Below the pieces are notes generated by a model. That model did no database searches and had not been told where the DNA came from. It saw only the letters and a list, made by a program, of their open reading frames with translations. From NCBI GenBank assembly GCA_000182565.2, contig KQ257453.1: 11,226 bases of DNA. One strand, given 5' to 3'. Position 1 is the stretch's first letter. Each line of letters begins with the position of its first letter. This document shows, piece by piece, positions 7,764 through 11,226 of this stretch. The DNA is from Spizellomyces punctatus DAOM BR117 (Eukaryota). A program made the translations under genes and the position numbers.

Positions 7764-10700
7764 ATGATGCCGGTCGAACGCTCACCAACGCGAGGCCGCT
7801 CACCTGTGATCCAGACTCGTAGTCAGGGTCCTGCGGAGGACGTCGAAGTCCCTCCCGCAACACGCCCAAGGCGTTCAGGGACCACTTCCGTCGAACCGGA
7901 AGCCCCTAACTTGGCCACGATGGCCTCTGAAGTGGCAGCGTTAAAAGAAGACATTGCCCGCTCGACTGCTGCAACGCAGTTGGCAACTCAAAACCTTACG
8001 GAACAGCTTCATAGGCTTTCCGAACGTCAGACAGCGGCGGATGAGCGCCTCGCACGAGCCTTAGAAGCCCTAGCGCATCGCCCGCTGCCTGAACAACCTC
8101 CCATAGCACGAGCTACAAGAGAACGGTCCGCAACCCCGTGGGAAACGGCGGACACACCAAGGGAGCGTACCGAACCAAGTTTTTCAGGTGCGGTGCCTCC
8201 AATCCAAGTGCCAGCGGCCCCGTGGGCCAGCGACACCAAGGTCGATTCCTTGAAAGCAAAGGACGTACCCGAGTTTACGGGCAGAAGAAACCAAGACGTT
8301 GAAGAATGGCTTAACAAAGTCCAACTTCTTCAAAACGTTAGCGCAACGTCGGATGCCAGGATGGTACAGCTCCTACCAGCCATGATAGCCGAGAAAACCC
8401 CTGCTGACGCTTGGTTTTACACTCTGGAAGCCCAGGAAACTCGCTCATGGACCTGGAAAAGGTGGAAAGAGGAACTGCTTCGAGAGTTCCGAGATCCCCT
8501 AACCGAGTCCAAGCGCAAAACCGAATATGTGCGCTGCCATGCGAACCCCAAAGAATTTCGCAGCTTTCTCGCGTTCATCGACCACAAAACTCATCTCCGG
8601 CGCCTCGCTTATGGCGACCGGGCAAACATAGAATGTCCCGCTGACCAGCATTTCGACCTAATAGTCGAACAATTGCCCAGCGACATCCAAATCATGGTCA
8701 AATCCTGTAACGTCACGAACCTGACCAAATTAAAAGACTTCCTGCGCCTTTATTTCGGCTCTGATGACACCAGAAAACGAGACCCTTGCTACAGCGGTGC
8801 TGCAGAAGCTCAGAAGAAGTCACAAAAGACCGGAACCGACAAAGGCCCTAAGCAGACGGCTCCGCATAAAACCGGAAACCCCGAAAAGGGTCGCGATGGT
8901 CCTCAGAAGATGGTTCCGGACCCCAACAAGGAACCACCGGCACCCTGCAAATTCTGTCAGAAAAAGCATTGGAATGTTTTCTGCTGGCAGAACCCGAACC
9001 GAAAAGATCCTGAAGATGGAAAGAAAGGACCATATGGAGCACCCATGCCCTCAGGTTGGAAACCCAAACAGGAATCGAAGAAGGCGTACATAGTGGAGCT
9101 GGACTCGACGTCCGCTACCACCGAGACTCTTTTTTCGGCTTCGGAACTGGAAAGAACGGAAGCCGCTAATCAAGGATTCCACACCATCGGGTTCTTTCAT
9201 TCACCCAAGCACTCGGAATCAACAATTTTGATGACCGCACCTCTTTCCAAGGTCACGGTGACCAAGGAAGAGGACCCCCGCACGCCCACGCAGGGCTGGG
9301 ACCGAGTCTGGGACAACATAGCCATCATCTGGGGCACCCCGCAAGTGGCTCTGATGATGGGCAACAACCCCCGCGCGCTCAGCTTCTTCGCCAAAGAACC
9401 GAAGCGAGGCGCCGGGCACCTCGGGAACGACCCCTACGCAGTCGCGTGGAGTTCCCACCACCTCTACATCGCTGCCGCAGCCGAAGCTGACAAGGATCGA
9501 ATCCTGCGAAAGGTCCGAGAAGACGGTACCCCTCGTTTGATTCTCCTTGCCTGGATAAAGCTCGACGAGCGCGAGAAATTCTTGATGTGGAGCTCTGAAG
9601 ATCCTGTTATCTTTGATGCGTACGCCAACCTGCAACTGGTGGCATTTCTCCTGACAGGCAATATCGTTCGCTCAGACTATTATTATCGTCGCGGAAACCC
9701 CAAATTTCGGCACGTTAAAGACCATCCACGTCTCCAAAGACACGAAGAGAGCGAACGGACGCGTATAGTCATGCTGGCTATCGAACAAGTTGCTCGCCAG
9801 AATAAAACAACAAAACCACAAAACGACAAAACTAGAGAACACTTTGAGAGTGTGATCAAGGCTACGGAAGCAACAATTAACGACATCGCGCCCCATTTCG
9901 AGATCGCGGTGCCTTCTATCAACGCCTTCTACTCAGTAGATTTAGGCGATGTACTCAAAAGCCAGACTAAGACCCAAACGCAGCCTTGCTGGACGCTAGC
10001 CGTCATCGCGCAGCTCTGGGCACCTGTGGTACTAGACACAGGGGCCTGCGAGTCTCTGATTTCCGACACGTACCAAGGCCTTCTGTTCTCCGAAACCGAT
10101 TTGCAGGATGCGGAAACGATGGCTTTCAACGGCATTGGTGGACGTATCTCATCTACCAAGACAGTATGCCTCGAAACTTCCCTCAGAGGCCGCGGCGGAG
10201 AATACCTGACTTTCCGCGCCTACTTTCGGGTCATCGCGTACGGGAAACCTCTCATCATCCTAGCCAACGACGTTTTGGGACATTTGAAACTCCAAACCTT
10301 GGTTCAGGAACCCCCGTTACCCAGTTTCGCGGTGACGCTCAAGAATCCAGACATCCTTATCCCCTGCTCCATAACGGATGAGCTGGACACCGATCACATG
10401 CGCGGCACGCCATACAAGACCAAGCAGGGTGAATTCATGAAGGATGTGTCAATGCCACGGCTGACCAAAGCCAAAGCTCAGAAGTCTAGATTAACCATGT
10501 TAATCACGGGACAGACGCGCGTGGCAGCCCAAACTTTTCTCATCGAAAACCCTCTTGAGGCCACCGCTGCTAGCTCAACGGTCCCGTTAGGCCTCAAACT
10601 GTCCACCGCGACCCATAATTCGGTTGCGGACCCCGAAGAGAACATTTCCAAAGAAGAATGGCAGACACTTCGGAACAAATGGAACCTCGACTCTACGGAG

Positions 10701-11226
10701 AGGGCTCCAGGGGCCTTCGAAGCCCAATTAAAAGACGCGGAACGTTTCCACGTCGATCTCAAGCGACCCAAACCCGTGGTCTGGGCCCTAATCAACATTC
10801 TACGACACTTCCATCAAGCCTTCAGCTATGAGGGTCATCTCATAGGGAACTACACCAAGATTCCTTATGCGCCTCGATTTATCTCGGCTCCGCCACCCCT
10901 TTCGAGGCCACGGTCGTACTCTCCGTTGGAGCGGACAGCCCTCGAGACGGAGCGAGACACCATGATGGGGCTTCAGAGGTGGAAACGAACCACCGAAGTA
11001 ACCTTCGCCAGCGATCCTGTTATCATTCGCTATGCAGACAAACCCCCGCGCGTAGCCTTCGACTATCGCCGAGCCAACGACTGCATGGCCTGGGATCCAT
11101 ATCCCTTTCCCATCATGCTCGACATCCTGAACTGGATCGTCGCAGTCCCATTCCGATACATATCGGGAGGTGACGCAAACAAAGGATTCTACCAAATCGC
11201 ATCAACGGATGCGTCGGTACGCAATG
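7764..11226 (+). CDS. gag-pol: Single-frame Gag-Pol polyprotein (>=1154 aa, 3' partial): Gag, CCHC knuckle, extra MTase-like domain, aspartic protease, reverse transcriptase N-terminus
   Basis: Translated by hand from ATG 7764 with no stop to the window end, which explains its absence from the ORF track. Gag: DVPEFTG...DVEEWLNKV...ADAWFYTL...TWKRWKEELLREF. Knuckle: CKFCQKKHWNVFC at 8946-8984. Protease: VVLDTGACESLIS (DTG at 10035-10043) and IILAND at ~10254-10271. RT: PRVAFDYRRAN at 11046-11078, DPYPFP, DANKGFYQI at 11172-11198. Confidence 0.93.
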   Translation, partial: MMPVERSPTRGRSPVIQTRSQGPAEDVEVPPATRPRRSGTTSVEPEAPNLATMASEVAALKEDIARSTAATQLATQNLTEQLHRLSERQTAADERLARALEALAHRPLPEQPPIARATRERSATPWETADTPRERTEPSFSGAVPPIQVPAAPWASDTKVDSLKAKDVPEFTGRRNQDVEEWLNKVQLLQNVSATSDARMVQLLPAMIAEKTPADAWFYTLEAQETRSWTWKRWKEELLREFRDPLTESKRKTEYVRCHANPKEFRSFLAFIDHKTHLRRLAYGDRANIECPADQHFDLIVEQLPSDIQIMVKSCNVTNLTKLKDFLRLYFGSDDTRKRDPCYSGAAEAQKKSQKTGTDKGPKQTAPHKTGNPEKGRDGPQKMVPDPNKEPPAPCKFCQKKHWNVFCWQNPNRKDPEDGKKGPYGAPMPSGWKPKQESKKAYIVELDSTSATTETLFSASELERTEAANQGFHTIGFFHSPKHSESTILMTAPLSKVTVTKEEDPRTPTQGWDRVWDNIAIIWGTPQVALMMGNNPRALSFFAKEPKRGAGHLGNDPYAVAWSSHHLYIAAAAEADKDRILRKVREDGTPRLILLAWIKLDEREKFLMWSSEDPVIFDAYANLQLVAFLLTGNIVRSDYYYRRGNPKFRHVKDHPRLQRHEESERTRIVMLAIEQVARQNKTTKPQNDKTREHFESVIKATEATINDIAPHFEIAVPSINAFYSVDLGDVLKSQTKTQTQPCWTLAVIAQLWAPVVLDTGACESLISDTYQGLLFSETDLQDAETMAFNGIGGRISSTKTVCLETSLRGRGGEYLTFRAYFRVIAYGKPLIILANDVLGHLKLQTLVQEPPLPSFAVTLKNPDILIPCSITDELDTDHMRGTPYKTKQGEFMKDVSMPRLTKAKAQKSRLTMLITGQTRVAAQTFLIENPLEATAASSTVPLGLKLSTATHNSVADPEENISKEEWQTLRNKWNLDSTERAPGAFEAQLKDAERFHVDLKRPKPVVWALINILRHFHQAFSYEGHLIGNYTKIPYAPRFISAPPPLSRPRSYSPLERTALETERDTMMGLQRWKRTTEVTFASDPVIIRYADKPPRVAFDYRRANDCMAWDPYPFPIMLDILNWIVAVPFRYISGGDANKGFYQIASTDASVRN
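9297..9659 (+). other. Extra polyprotein domain resembling a degenerate DNA N6-adenine methyltransferase (DIRS MT / phage Dam-like fold)
   Basis: WDNIAIIWGTPQVALMMGNNPRALSFFAKEPKRGAGHLGNDPYAVAWSSHHLYIAAAAEADKDRILRKVREDGTPRLILLAW...LQLVAFLLTG aligns by eye, in order and spacing, with the DIRS MT pattern I-x3-WG-x-P-x-VDLFA-x3-N...F...P..GA...DAF...W...Y-x-(F/N)PP...VL-x-K-x3-D...ILI-x-P-x-W...L-x-L-x-AW-x-(L/I)SG. The key residues DLFA and (N/F)PP are replaced. Confidence 0.6.

Larger units (their letters stand above)
7005..11226 (+). mobile_element. Ty3/Gypsy (Metaviridae) LTR retrotransposon, 5' part, runs off the window
   Basis: TG...CA LTR followed by a long ORF with Gag, CCHC knuckle, aspartic protease and then the RT N-terminus. 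RT following PR with no recognisable integrase between them fits Gypsy rather than Copia; the protease and TG...CA LTR argue against DIRS. Confidence 0.93.

Noticed and set aside
7600-11195. Many short ORFs on both strands in the ORF track
   Set aside because: All overlap the continuous gag-pol frame starting at 7764 and are alternative-frame by-products.
7005-11226. Classification as a DIRS/Ngaro element because of the MT-like domain
   Set aside because: The element has an aspartic protease, a TG...CA LTR with terminal inverted repeats and Gypsy-type RT motifs; DIRS elements lack a protease.

Overview
Eukaryotic (fungal) genomic DNA with short GT-AG introns. It is most likely from a chytrid of the Spizellomyces group, inferred from a protein that closely matches my recollection of S. 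punctatus Fanzor1. From left to right the window holds: (1) an isolated ~80-bp 18S rRNA (V4) fragment on the minus strand; (2) a 3-exon minus-strand gene for a secreted, 12-Cys, probably GPI-anchored protein (1090-2024); (3) a 3-exon plus-strand gene for a secreted choice-of-anchor B / LVIVD-repeat protein (4481-5986) with three clustered apparent 1-nt deletions; (4) the left end of a Fanzor1 (eukaryotic TnpB-like RNA-guided nuclease) transposon, with a CATA motif, terminal repeat and the first 195 codons of Fanzor; (5) a Ty3/Gypsy LTR retrotransposon inserted inside the Fanzor ORF at 7004/7005. The retrotransposon has a 600-bp 5' LTR and one uninterrupted gag-pol frame that runs off the window and is missing from the ORF track. 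The most unusual observation is an extra domain between its Gag zinc knuckle and protease that resembles a degenerate DIRS-type DNA N6-adenine methyltransferase. The element also lacks a canonical tRNA primer site and has a possible self-priming complement. No searches were run; family assignments rest on motif recognition.
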